The notes below the pieces were generated by a model. That model worked only from the letters and a program-made list of their open reading frames with translations, made no database searches and had not been told where the DNA came from. The position numbers were made by a program, and so were the translations under genes. Of a stretch of DNA of 47,181 nucleotides, positions 1 through 9,453 are shown one piece after another (position 1 is the stretch's first letter; each line of letters begins with the position of its first letter). This stretch comes from Pyrinomonadaceae bacterium. GTDB taxonomy: Bacteria > Acidobacteriota > Blastocatellia > Pyrinomonadales > Pyrinomonadaceae. The stretch covers positions 1 to 47,181 of the forward strand of contig JACCSP010000201.1 in NCBI GenBank assembly GCA_013812905.1, read 5' to 3'.

Positions 1-160
1 ATGCAACTGCGACGCAGCGATGCGTGGTGGAGAGCAGCAGGAGGTGAACGACCAGTCCGTAGGATAACGAACTCGATACGGCCGGGCGCAATCGACGAGC
101 CTGCCTGGCAAAGGCGAAGTCTAGTCCGGAAGCGGGAAGCTGTCGAGCTGAGGGGTAGTA
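1..160 (+). mobile_element. Probable group II intron remnant (domain I portion; 5' end lies outside the window, truncated at about 160)
   Basis: The stretch GCAACTGCGACGCAGCGATGCGTGGTGGAGAGCAGCAGGAGGTGAACGACCAGTCCGTAGGATAACGAACTCGATACGGCC...GACGAGCCTGC...GGCGAAGTC...GCTGAGGGGTAG resembles, from memory, domain I of bacterial group II introns. No RT/maturase ORF follows; the sequence switches abruptly to an antisense hlyC fragment. Confidence 0.6.
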
Positions 161-570
161 AATGTCAGATTAGGGTTTTCCAGGTAGGGTTCGAGATCTC
201 GGCGAAAAATAATCCCGACTACGTCGTCCAACCGCTCACGATAGACCGGCATGCGCGAATAACCAAGCGTACGAAATGCCACCTTTGCTTCTTCAAAAGT
301 AGTGGATAAAGGCAACGCCGAAATGGCAGTCCTCGGGATCATCGCTTCCCGAACTTCAGTGTCCGCAAAATCAAAGACGCGGTTAATCAGTTTTTTTTCC
401 TCAGCTTCGAGATGCCCGCTGGTGTGGGAGATGTCGATTAGCTGACGCAATTCACCCGCAGTGTAAATGGATGCGTGCTCGCCGGAGGGATGCAACCCGA
501 ATAGTGGGACGGTACGCGTGCCGCAGCACGGCAGGGTAACTAGTCCCATGAGTAAGCACATAACGTTCAC
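121..570 (-). pseudogene. Internal fragment of a HlyC/CorC (CNNM, hemolysin-family) CBS-domain protein, truncated at both ends
   Basis: Core at about 161-522: LFGLHPSGEHASIYTAGELRQLI..GHLEAEEKKLINRVFDFADTEVREAMIPR..GYSRMPVYRERLDDVVGI. The DUF21 membrane domain, second CBS domain and CorC_HlyC domain are missing. The ORF tail TTPQLDSFPLPD is read from the intron-like sequence. Confidence 0.75.
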
Positions 571-1400
571 AGCGGCGGCGGTTGTTTGTACCCGTATTCT
601 CTGAGGATAGTTTGACCTTCTGAACTCAAAACAAAGTCGGCAAAGCGGCGGGCGGCGTCCTGATTGTTAGAAGATTTGATCACTCCCAGGGCCTGATCAA
701 TGGGTCGATGCAGTTCTTCGCCTATTTCGATGTACTTGCCTTCACCGGGTTTCACGAGGGCACGCGGAAGAAAGCCCGCTTCAGCATTACCCGAAGAGAC
801 AAACTGCTTCACTTGCGAGACGTTCATTCCGTAGACGACCTTGGGTTCCACCTGATCCCACATCTTTAAGGCACGAAGGACTTCCACCGCTGCCTGACCG
901 TATGGCGCGATGTCAGGCTTAGCAATGGCAATGCGCTCCACCTCTTTGCGCTTGAGGTCTTCCACCTTTTCGAGGTCGATCGTGCTTCCGCTGGGTATCC
1001 ATAGAAGGAGGCTGCCGCGTGCGTACAGTGCCCGCGTTCCTGGGGTGAGCAAACCTTTCTGCTCCAGAGCTTCAACATGAGCTGTGTCGGCGGCCGCAAA
1101 AATGTCAAACGGCGCACCATTCTCAATCTGTTTCGCCAGGTCGGCGGTACCTCCAAAACTTAGAATCACACGAACTCCAGTGCGATCGCTGAATCGGTTA
1201 CCAAGTTCCTGAAATGCGTCAGTAAGATTTGCCGCCGCCGCGACTACTATTTCGGAGGGCGGTTTTGCTCTGTTACTAGCGGTCCTGGCGTGGCACGCCG
1301 GGAAAAAGATTAGAGTTATAGCAAGAACGATCCGAGCGTCTTTCCAGATACAGGCATCTTGAAGCTCAAAGAGATTTAAGCGAGCTGTGTCTTTTTCCAT
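567..1400 (-). CDS. modA: Molybdate ABC transporter substrate-binding protein
   Basis: VAAAANLTDAF, SFGGTADLAKQIENGAPFDIFAAAD, APYGQAA, NVSQV, PIDQAL motifs; N-terminal hydrophobic stretch ending FPAC (possible lipoprotein). Confidence 0.9.
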   Translation of the reverse strand: MEKDTARLNLFELQDACIWKDARIVLAITLIFFPACHARTASNRAKPPSEIVVAAAANLTDAFQELGNRFSDRTGVRVILSFGGTADLAKQIENGAPFDIFAAADTAHVEALEQKGLLTPGTRALYARGSLLLWIPSGSTIDLEKVEDLKRKEVERIAIAKPDIAPYGQAAVEVLRALKMWDQVEPKVVYGMNVSQVKQFVSSGNAEAGFLPRALVKPGEGKYIEIGEELHRPIDQALGVIKSSNNQDAARRFADFVLSSEGQTILREYGYKQPPPL

Positions 1401-1478
1401 GAGCGCAGCTTAACCGGGAGTATCGGTTCAGGGCAATTCGACCGTTGGTTGAGTAATGGTCAGTTTGGTTCTTCCTTT

Positions 1479-1648
1479 TCAGTGACAGCGAGGCTTTAGC
1501 CCGCTGTCCAGAGCGAGCCCGGCACCTGGAACCGTTTGAACCGTTCTGCTAAAAACATCTTCCACGCAGCAAGCTCCAAACTGTTCAAACGGTTGAGAAT
1601 CCTGCAAGCAAGCTCTGACACCGGGCTAAAGCCGCGGTGTTAATATGA
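1479..1648. repeat. Nested palindromic REP/MITE-like element
   Basis: Outer arms GACAGCGAGGCTTTAGCCCGCTGTC (1484-1508) and GACACCGGGCTAAAGCCGCGGTGTTAA (1617-1643); inner arms AACCGTTTGAAC (1530-1541) and GTTCAAACGGTT (1583-1594). A partial copy lies at about 46964-47026. Confidence 0.8.
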
Positions 1649-1735
1649 TCTTCACATAACGCTCGGAGGTATGGTATAGACCTTTACCCGCGCACTCATC
1701 GACTACCAGGCCGCCCGGATTTGGAGGTTCTCTCC

Positions 1736-2773
1736 GTGAGGAAAGGTGCATTCACCAGCAAGGCGAGAACCCTCATTGCCTTCCTGTCGTTGAGCCTGCT
1801 CGGTGCCGGTTGCTTGCCGAAGCCTCCGGCCGAGTCGGGGGACCTGAACCTCACGGTGTACGGATTCTCCATCATGAAGGAGCCGCTTGAGAAATCCATC
1901 TACCCGGGTTTCGCTGCTAAATGGAAAGCTGACCGTGGCCAGGAGGTGCGCTTCACTTCCTCATACGCGGGTTCAGAAACGATAACTAACCAGATCCTGC
2001 AAGGCGTTAAAGCAGACATCGCTATACTCTCCATCGAACGCGATGCTTTCCGGCTTAGAGATGGTGGTTTTGTCACTTCCGATTGGCACGCGTTGCCTCA
2101 AAAAGGCATGATCAACAAAACACCCTTCGTGATTTTGGTTCGTCAGGGAAACCCAAAAAACATTCGTGACTTTGCAGATCTTGCCAAGGCGGGAGTGAAG
2201 GTTATTCATCCGGACCCTGTTAGTTCGGGCGGCGCTCAATGGTCAGTGCTGGCAATTTATGGTTCGGAACTTGTTAAGTCAGAAAAGCAGTCGGGCGAGC
2301 CGGATCATGCGCGAGCGCTGCAGACGTTGCGAGCGATTTGGCGCAATGTAATCTCTACACCTGGCTCTGCGCGCGAGGCGCGGACACAATTTGAAACTGG
2401 CTTCGGTGATGCGCTGATTACCTATGAGCTGGAAGGGCTCCTGATGAAAGAAGCGGGGAATCCTGTGCAGATCGTGGCTCCGCAAGCGACGATTTTCAGC
2501 GAACACCCGGCGGTAGTCATTGATCGCAGTGTAAATGCCGCCCGGCGGACCGTAGTTGATGCGTTTATGCAGTATCTCTGGAGTGAAGAAGCTCAGAGGG
2601 CTTTCGTAAAGCATCACTTCCGGTCAATTACCAATGATGCACTGGACCAGGAAAACAACCAGTTGGCTAACATCGAGATGCCAATTACGATTGATTACTT
2701 TGGCGGTTGGGTTGAGGCCTATCCCAAAGTGATTGAAGCTATCTTCAGGGATCAGGTGCAGCGGCGGAAGTAA
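1736..2773 (+). CDS. sbp: Sulfate/thiosulfate ABC transporter substrate-binding lipoprotein (Sbp/CysP family)
   Basis: GGAGGT RBS before GTG 1736 (ORF track starts at 1721); lipobox LGAGC; VRQGNPKNIRDFADL, PDPVSSGGAQW, GDALITYE, FMQYLWSEEAQR motifs. Confidence 0.85.
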   Translation: MRKGAFTSKARTLIAFLSLSLLGAGCLPKPPAESGDLNLTVYGFSIMKEPLEKSIYPGFAAKWKADRGQEVRFTSSYAGSETITNQILQGVKADIAILSIERDAFRLRDGGFVTSDWHALPQKGMINKTPFVILVRQGNPKNIRDFADLAKAGVKVIHPDPVSSGGAQWSVLAIYGSELVKSEKQSGEPDHARALQTLRAIWRNVISTPGSAREARTQFETGFGDALITYELEGLLMKEAGNPVQIVAPQATIFSEHPAVVIDRSVNAARRTVVDAFMQYLWSEEAQRAFVKHHFRSITNDALDQENNQLANIEMPITIDYFGGWVEAYPKVIEAIFRDQVQRRK

Positions 2774-2775
2774 GG

Positions 2776-2900
2776 CATTGCCGATTGCGGATTTGACCAA
2801 AGCAGGACGTGCGAGTAGTTGCGGAGCGTCGGCTGGGCGGAATCGGAATTGATCAAGCGACAATGCACTAACAGCAATCGGCAATTGGCAATTGGCAATG
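2776..2900. repeat. Heptamer tandem repeat with inverted arm (intergenic hairpin)
   Basis: ATTGCCGATTGC (2777-2788) is the exact reverse complement of GCAATCGGCAAT (2874-2885); the right arm is GCAATCG GCAATTG GCAATTG GCAATG. Confidence 0.75.
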
Positions 2901-3731
2901 AATGTGATCCCCTCAATGCGACACGTGCGAGGCTTCGATGTCGCCCGGCCTCTGAGCATTGGAGTGCTCGTGCTCATGATGTTGCCGCTCGTGTTTCTGC
3001 CGCTCTCATCAATTTTCATTTTCGGAACCAGCAAGGGTTTGGCGAGTTTCTGGGCTGCACTGACGGCGCCCGAGGCTGTTTTCGCACTCAAGCTTTCGAT
3101 GGTGACAAGCTTTTGGGCCACTTTGTTCAATGTGTTCTTCGGATTGTTCGCCGCCTATGTTTTATCGAAGTATAACTTCTGGGGTCGCAACGCACTCATT
3201 GTCACAATATCCCTGCCCACTGCAATTCCCACAGCCGTCGCGGGATTTGCCTTGCTGCTCTTGTGGGGGCCATACGGCATTCTCGGACGTTTCCTGGCGC
3301 CGCACGGCATCCAGACAATGTTTACAGCCGGCGCAATCATACTCGCGAATATCTTCGTTACCTTTCCCCTCGCCTTCGGTGTAATCAAACCTGTTTTCGA
3401 TACGATGAGTCGCTCACTTGAAGAGGCATCGGCAACGATTGGGGCGACACGCGTGCAAACGTTCTGGCACGTCACCTTACCATCCCTCCGAGGAGCGATT
3501 GTTTCCGGGGCGCTGCTGACTTTTGCGCGCGCAGTCGGCGAGTTTGGCTCAACCATTCTAGTCTCCGGCAATCTTGCCGGGCGCACGCAAACCGCTCCGC
3601 TCTACATATTTGCCAAATTCAATGAAGGCCAGATCGAGGCGGCGAATGCCATTGCAATTGTGTTAGCGCTTTTCTCGTTCCTGATCTTCAGCGTATTGTT
3701 TTTTGCCCGCGACTGGCTTGATGTGGATTAG
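2898..3731 (+). CDS. cysT: Sulfate/molybdate ABC transporter permease (CysT-like)
   Basis: LPTAIPTAVAGFAL, EAA loop LEEASATIGA, LTFARAVGEFGS, GNLAGRTQTAPLYI; multiple hydrophobic helices. Confidence 0.8.
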   Translation: MNVIPSMRHVRGFDVARPLSIGVLVLMMLPLVFLPLSSIFIFGTSKGLASFWAALTAPEAVFALKLSMVTSFWATLFNVFFGLFAAYVLSKYNFWGRNALIVTISLPTAIPTAVAGFALLLLWGPYGILGRFLAPHGIQTMFTAGAIILANIFVTFPLAFGVIKPVFDTMSRSLEEASATIGATRVQTFWHVTLPSLRGAIVSGALLTFARAVGEFGSTILVSGNLAGRTQTAPLYIFAKFNEGQIEAANAIAIVLALFSFLIFSVLFFARDWLDVD

Positions 3732-3740
3732 AGGATTCCA

Positions 3741-4955
3741 GTGAGAGCGAAACAGACCATGATCAGAGAGGAGTCAGTGGCGCCCGATTTGAACCGGAGT
3801 TCGCCAGCGGTCGCTGCCAGTGTCCTCGGAGTCAGCAAGCGTTTCGGTAAGACAGGTGTACTCGAGAACATCAACTTCCAGGTTTCGGAAGGGGAAACGC
3901 TCGTGCTGCTTGGCGCCTCCGGAAGCGGCAAGACGACGATTCTGAGGATAATTGCCGGCTTGGAGCAGCCCAACTCAGGCAAAGTCATACTGCATGGCAA
4001 AGACGTTACTGAACTCCCGGCACGGGAGCGCGGAGTGGGCGTGATCTTTCAGTCGTACGCGCTGTTCCCCAAGATGAGTGTCGAGCGAAATATAGGCTAT
4101 GGTCTCAAGATCAGACATCGCAAGCGAAAAGAGATTCGGGAAGCAGTGGAAACCCTGCTGGAGTTGGTCCAATTGCAGGAACATCGCAATAAATATCCTT
4201 CGCAGCTTTCCGGAGGCCAGCAGCAGCGCGTGGCGATTGCCCGGACGCTTGCCTACAAACCTGAAGTACTCTTGTTTGACGAACCCTTTGGCGCCCTCGA
4301 CGCGCAAACGCGCGGACATCTGCGGCGGGAGATAAAAGCGTTGCTGAGAAAAGTGAACGTGCCGGCAATATTCATTACGCACGATCAAGAAGAAGCGTTG
4401 GAGTTGGGAGACCGCATTGCGGTGGTCAACCTGGGCCACATCGAACAGATTGGAACGCCGTACGAAGTGTATACCAACCCTGCGACCGAGTACGTAGCCA
4501 CCTTCCTGGGTGCTGCTAATCTCCTTCCGGGAGTAATCCGGGGCGATAGGATCGAAGTGGGCACAGCTGTAATTCCGTTCAGCGCCGACGCACACAAGTT
4601 TCGCGACGGGCAGTCAGTGAAGCTGGTATTTCGTCCCGAAGACGTTTCATTGACCAGGGAGGGAGATCTCCCTGCCGGCCACTCTTGTATTGCTAATGGA
4701 ATCGTGGAAGAAAAAAGTTTCGTGGGAGCTTATGAACGGGTGAATGTGCGCATCGATCTGTCGGATTCAGGTGCTTGCGAGACCAACGAGACGCCTTTCT
4801 ACCTGACCACCGAAACCCCTGAAAGCCACAGCAGTAAGCCGATCATAGCGACTCGCCCCAAGCCCGAAGCCGGCGCAGTTAGTCTCAATGTGGGAGACCG
4901 CGCAGCCGTTGGAATATCCTCTTTCACGGTCTTGGCAGTACCGCCCAGCAAATAG
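3741..4955 (+). CDS. cysA: Sulfate/molybdate ABC transporter ATP-binding protein (CysA-like)
   Basis: Walker A GASGSGKT, signature LSGGQQQR, Walker B LLFDEPFGALD, ITHDQEEA; C-terminal TOBE-like region. Confidence 0.85.
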   Translation: MRAKQTMIREESVAPDLNRSSPAVAASVLGVSKRFGKTGVLENINFQVSEGETLVLLGASGSGKTTILRIIAGLEQPNSGKVILHGKDVTELPARERGVGVIFQSYALFPKMSVERNIGYGLKIRHRKRKEIREAVETLLELVQLQEHRNKYPSQLSGGQQQRVAIARTLAYKPEVLLFDEPFGALDAQTRGHLRREIKALLRKVNVPAIFITHDQEEALELGDRIAVVNLGHIEQIGTPYEVYTNPATEYVATFLGAANLLPGVIRGDRIEVGTAVIPFSADAHKFRDGQSVKLVFRPEDVSLTREGDLPAGHSCIANGIVEEKSFVGAYERVNVRIDLSDSGACETNETPFYLTTETPESHSSKPIIATRPKPEAGAVSLNVGDRAAVGISSFTVLAVPPSK

Positions 4956-5131
4956 CTAACCGAACCGTCAAAGCCGTTCAACCGTTCATCTACAATCCAG
5001 GCTGGAATTTGGAACTGACGATTCAAGGCTGAATGACTACGATCTTGAGCGGGGTCGCAGTTCGCTTTGCCCCCTTCCCAACATGCGAATTTGCGGTGCC
5101 TGAATTGTCAATGTCATTGGTGAGCGGGTTG

Positions 5132-6274
5132 CTACCGTTCTCCGGTTCTAGATTGAGTTTTCAGCGCAGCCACGGCCAGGCTATGAAACTCCCGACGCAC
5201 ACTGTTAATGTTGGCGAAAGGAAGCGAACGTGCGTGTGTGCGATTGGTCAGTAAAATAAAAACTCGTTCCTGACGCGGATCGATCCAGCAGCTCGTACCT
5301 GTGAATCCGCTGTGGCCGTAACTGTCCGGCGACAGAGATGGACCAGCGGCTGACTCGGGAGTTGCTGCGAGTTGCCAGGCAATAGAGCGCGCCTCTTCGA
5401 GTCCTTCCGTCATATTTGTTCTAAAAGCTTCACAACTTCGCGGACTGAGTATTTCGCTCTGCGCGGCAAGAAACTGCGCGGCAATTCGAGCTGATTCATA
5501 AGCTGTCGAGAAAAGACCCGCATGGCCCGCGGCCCCGCCGAGGAAGTGGGCATTGCCGTCATGCACCTCTCCCCAAATGAGATTTTCGCGCCACTTGGCA
5601 TATTCGGGCGTACCCATATCCCGGGACGTTGCGCGCTCGAAGGCGTTGCCTGTCTCGCAAGCGGCTATGCCGGTTTGCAACGCCATCTCGGGGTTGAAGA
5701 AAGTGCTTCGAAGTCCAAGAGCTGCGAAAATCTCCCGACTGGCGAGTTCCGACACCTGCTTGCCAGTTAATCGTTCCAGCAAAAAACCCAGGGTTATGAA
5801 GCCGAGATCGCTGTAGACGACCCGCATGCCGGGTTGGTATTCAAGGTCCTCAGCGGCGATCAGGCTGAGAACCCGATTGCGTTCGCTTTCGGCAAGGATG
5901 TAAAGCGGTCGCCAAGCTGGAAGTCCAGATGTGTGCGTCAAAAGATGACGCACAGTGACCATCTGCTTGTCCGTCCTTAGAAACTCCGGCAAGTAGTGTG
6001 CGACGGCGCTGTCCAGGGTTAACTCGCCCGTGTCGATGCGGCAGGCACAAAGAAGACCGGTTACGAGCGGTTTGGTCAGGCTGGCGAGATCGTAGACGGT
6101 TTGAAGCGAGGCGGTAATGCGATAAGGGTCGACTACGGCATGTCCAAGAGCGTCTGCGAAGATTGGAAGACCTCGCTCAGTTATCAGATAGACGGCGGAA
6201 GGGAAGTCGCCGGCATCTATGCGCGCGCCCAACAGGGCGGAGATATTTGGTTCGGGCTGACTCTTGAGGTCCAT
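5132..6274 (-). CDS. Serine hydrolase, beta-lactamase/class C-related family
   Basis: SxxK in YDLASLTK, LLTHTSGL, YSDLGF, GEVHDGNA, AGHAGLFS, GHSGFTG. Confidence 0.85.
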   Translation of the reverse strand: MDLKSQPEPNISALLGARIDAGDFPSAVYLITERGLPIFADALGHAVVDPYRITASLQTVYDLASLTKPLVTGLLCACRIDTGELTLDSAVAHYLPEFLRTDKQMVTVRHLLTHTSGLPAWRPLYILAESERNRVLSLIAAEDLEYQPGMRVVYSDLGFITLGFLLERLTGKQVSELASREIFAALGLRSTFFNPEMALQTGIAACETGNAFERATSRDMGTPEYAKWRENLIWGEVHDGNAHFLGGAAGHAGLFSTAYESARIAAQFLAAQSEILSPRSCEAFRTNMTEGLEEARSIAWQLAATPESAAGPSLSPDSYGHSGFTGTSCWIDPRQERVFILLTNRTHARSLPFANINSVRREFHSLAVAALKTQSRTGER

Positions 6275-6298
6275 GCTGGATAGTTTTCATCAGCCGGG

Positions 6299-7303
6299 CT
6301 ATCCGCCCTGGGCTCGAAGAGCCTCGCCTACGGAACCGCTCCGAACTTTCACCGCGTGTTCCTCGATCCGTTCCAGCGCGCGCAGAGCCAGTGCGAGTGC
6401 ATTTCTCCCGTCCATTCCGGAGACGGGGGATGGCAGGCCGTCTCTCGCGGCTTGGACAAAAGAGACAATCTCCGCCCACAGGGGTTCAACGTCAATCACA
6501 TCCAGGTTCCGCACGTGAACGCCAGGCCATAAGCCATCGACGGTTGGCGGTGCCAGGCCGCTAATCGAAGCACGCTTGGTCGTGTAGTCAACGGCGACGT
6601 AGTCATGCGGTTGAAAAAAACGCATCTTGCGAATCCTCTCAGTACCGACGCGCGACGCAGTGATATTAGCAACTGCTCCGGAAGAGAATTCGAGTCGTGC
6701 ATTAGCCGCGTCAACCTTGTTTGTCAGGATCGGAATACCAACGGCGTGGAGTTCAGTGACCTGGACATCTTCACCCACTAACCACTGTACGATATCAAGG
6801 TCGTGGATCATCAGGTCGAGAACAACGTCAATATCCAGTGAACGGGCCGTAAATTCGCCTACCCGATGGATCTCGAAGTACACAGGATCGCGCACGTGCG
6901 GACGCAGCGCTACCAAGGCGGGATTAAATCGCTCCAGATGACCTATCTGTAAAAGAGCGCCCCCTCTCTCTCCTGCTTGAATCATGCGATCTGCTTCTTC
7001 GACAGTTCGCGAGATGGGCTTCTCAACCAAAACGTGAATACCTGCTTCAAGCAGGCCGCAGGCAATTTCGCAGTGCGACTCCGTGGGAACTGCAAGACTG
7101 ACGGCGTCAACGCGGCCAATTAATTCGCGCCAATCCGTGGTCCAATCAAGCTCTCGCTCCGCGGCAATCGCACGCGCAACCCGCTCATTGAGATCGCAAA
7201 CCCATTCACACCGGGTCAGACCTTCGTCAGCAAGCGTTTTATGGACGCGGGCGTGCTGCCGTCCGAGATGGCCCACCCCGATAACTGCTGTTCGTAAAGA
7301 CAT
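6299..7303 (-). CDS. Gfo/Idh/MocA family oxidoreductase (GnnA-like)
   Basis: Rossmann VIGVGHLG, HVLVEKP, GHLERFNPA, DVVLDLMIHDLDI. Confidence 0.85.
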   Translation of the reverse strand: MSLRTAVIGVGHLGRQHARVHKTLADEGLTRCEWVCDLNERVARAIAAERELDWTTDWRELIGRVDAVSLAVPTESHCEIACGLLEAGIHVLVEKPISRTVEEADRMIQAGERGGALLQIGHLERFNPALVALRPHVRDPVYFEIHRVGEFTARSLDIDVVLDLMIHDLDIVQWLVGEDVQVTELHAVGIPILTNKVDAANARLEFSSGAVANITASRVGTERIRKMRFFQPHDYVAVDYTTKRASISGLAPPTVDGLWPGVHVRNLDVIDVEPLWAEIVSFVQAARDGLPSPVSGMDGRNALALALRALERIEEHAVKVRSGSVGEALRAQGG

Positions 7304-7317
7304 AGTCACTTATTTGT

Positions 7318-7453
7318 GGTCAGCTGTTAGTTGTTAGACGTCCTGGCGAGCTTGGTCCGTTTGGGAGATCGCTAGTTTGAATGTGTAGCTGGATTCAAGG
7401 ATACTCGGGCATTCAGTTACAAGTCGAATTTAGCTGACTACTGATAGCTGACC
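7318..7453. repeat. Degenerate heptamer inverted repeat bracketing a divergent intergenic region
   Basis: GGTCAGCTGTTAGTTGTTAG (7318-7337) pairs imperfectly with CTGACTACTGATAGCTGACC (7434-7453). Confidence 0.6.
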
Positions 7454-7474
7454 GTCATTTCGGAGCGACTATAC

Positions 7475-9157
7475 TTGCAACCTTCAGCGCTTGCCAAGCG
7501 AGTCTGGCTTTTACTATTTCTCGCCGTCATAGCTTTCTACTATTACGGTCTTGGTCATATGCCTTTTGTGGGACCCGATGAACCGCGCTACGCCCAGGTA
7601 GCGCGGGAAATGTTCCTGCGTGGCGATCTCGTTACCCCCACCCTGGGTGGCCACACCTGGTTTGAAAAACCACCTCTGCTTTATTGGATGATGATAGCCA
7701 GCTTTCACTTGTTCGGAATAAGCGAGTGGGCCGCTCGGCTTGGGCCTGCTCTTTCCGGCCTGTTGACTGTGTTCGCGGTCTTCTGGACAGGGAGGCGAGT
7801 TTGCCGAGCAAGCATCGAGCATCAATTGCCTGGACTCGCACCGTGGAGTGCGATCATTGCTGCCTCTACTCTGGGGATTATAGTTTTTTCGAGAGGTGTG
7901 GGCTTCGATATTGTCGTCACCATGACGATTGCATGGGCGCTTAGTTTTTTTCTGGTTTCAGAGTTGGAAGAGAACGAAGAGATCTGTCGCAGGTTCCTGT
8001 TTGGCTTTTATGTCTTCATTGGGTTATCTCTCTTGGCAAAAGGGTTGATTGGTTTGGTCATTCCTTTCAGTGTTGTCGGTTTTTATCAACTCGTGCGCCG
8101 GCAGTTTCCAGCAAGATCATTTTTACTTTCCCTCTGGTGGGGTCTTCCCCTCCTGTTCGTTGTGGCTTCGAGCTGGTACGTTCCTGTTATTCTTAAACAC
8201 GGCTGGCCATTTATTGACGAGTTTTTCATCCAGCACCACTTTAAGCGCTACTTTTCAAACAAATATCTTCACCCGCAACCGTTCTACTTCTATCTGCTGA
8301 TACTGATTCCGTTATCCTTGCCTTGGACTGCCTTCCTGATCGAGGGGCTGGTGGAAGCCAGAACGTGGAAATTGCGTTCGCCTGATTCGCTAGACCGGTT
8401 GCGAATATTTGCTCTCGCCTGGTTGCTGATGCCACTTGCGTTTTTTTCTTTATCCGGATCAAAGCTGCCCGGATACATTCTGCCGGTCTTGCCCGCCGGA
8501 GCATTAATCGCCGGTGAGCGTCTCACCAAGCTCTTGTCCGGAGATCGCGATGGCTTCTGGGCAATGCGAATTACCGGCGCCGTTTCCGGAATGTTCGCGA
8601 TCGTGGGATCGGTTTATTTGATTCGCTTGGGCAGCCTTTCTCTTAAGTGTGTAGCGATGATGGGGGTGCCTTTGATCATCACAGCCGCCAGCTGTATTTT
8701 CTGGACACATCGCAAAACTGTCTCGGCGCTGCTCGTGATCTTCGCCACGTTCGCAGCGCTCATTGTGGCCCTGAATTGTGGAGTTCGCAGTATTGCCACC
8801 CGGGAATCAATGCGGGATCTGATTCAGCTTGCGAACGCTCGTGGCTACGGCTCGGCACCTGTCTACGCACTACACCAAATCGACCGCTCCGCCGAATTCT
8901 ACGCGGCGGGCCGTGTAGTGTATGCCTCTGAGGGTGAACCCGCTAGATTTGAAAGTGCCCTGGATATTTTGGAAGCATCCAGAAAGAACCGCGCCCCGAT
9001 TCTGGTGATCGTGCCAATCGAATACATTCATCAGTTAACGGGATTGCCTTCCGCTCTAATCGATGTGGTGGGGAACAACGGAAAACTCGCGTTGGTCGGG
9101 GTTGCGAGTCAAGAGTCAAAGACGGATTTCAAAGTTGGATGCTTCTCTAGCGACTGA
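7475..9157 (+). CDS. ArnT/PMT-family (GT83/GT39-like) membrane glycosyltransferase
   Basis: PDEPRYAQVAREM, WFEKPPLLYW, EWAARL, LLAKGLIG, SGSKLPGYILP; many transmembrane helices. Confidence 0.88.
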   Translation: MQPSALAKRVWLLLFLAVIAFYYYGLGHMPFVGPDEPRYAQVAREMFLRGDLVTPTLGGHTWFEKPPLLYWMMIASFHLFGISEWAARLGPALSGLLTVFAVFWTGRRVCRASIEHQLPGLAPWSAIIAASTLGIIVFSRGVGFDIVVTMTIAWALSFFLVSELEENEEICRRFLFGFYVFIGLSLLAKGLIGLVIPFSVVGFYQLVRRQFPARSFLLSLWWGLPLLFVVASSWYVPVILKHGWPFIDEFFIQHHFKRYFSNKYLHPQPFYFYLLILIPLSLPWTAFLIEGLVEARTWKLRSPDSLDRLRIFALAWLLMPLAFFSLSGSKLPGYILPVLPAGALIAGERLTKLLSGDRDGFWAMRITGAVSGMFAIVGSVYLIRLGSLSLKCVAMMGVPLIITAASCIFWTHRKTVSALLVIFATFAALIVALNCGVRSIATRESMRDLIQLANARGYGSAPVYALHQIDRSAEFYAAGRVVYASEGEPARFESALDILEASRKNRAPILVIVPIEYIHQLTGLPSALIDVVGNNGKLALVGVASQESKTDFKVGCFSSD

Positions 9158-9201
9158 ATGTGAGAGTGTTTTAGGTTTAACTTAGAAGGGAGAAAAAGTT
9201 C

Positions 9202-9453
9202 ATGGCAAGCCGTCAAAATTGTTCCAAGTGCCAATCGAATAAGATGATTCCCAATGTTCATACTAGGGATTATGGTGATTTGAACAATCAGTTGTCCGTT
9301 GAGGTTTATGAAGAGCCTGATGCCATGATTTTCAAAGGTACGCATGAAGGCGCCTTGACCGCGTGGATTTGCGGGGAGTGTGGTTACACTGAACTATACG
9401 TTGAGAATCCGCAAGAGCTTTATTCAACGTACCTGAATCTGAAGGCAGAATAA
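9202..9453 (+). CDS. Small Zn-ribbon protein
   Basis: CSKC near the N-terminus and CGECGYTELY near the C-terminus; GAAGGGAG RBS upstream; visibly AT-richer than the flanks. Confidence 0.7.
   Translation: MASRQNCSKCQSNKMIPNVHTRDYGDLNNQLSVEVYEEPDAMIFKGTHEGALTAWICGECGYTELYVENPQELYSTYLNLKAE

Noticed and set aside
1..309. 102-aa ORF at the window start
   Set aside because: It is read across intron-like sequence and the antisense strand of the hlyC fragment, with no recognisable protein motif.
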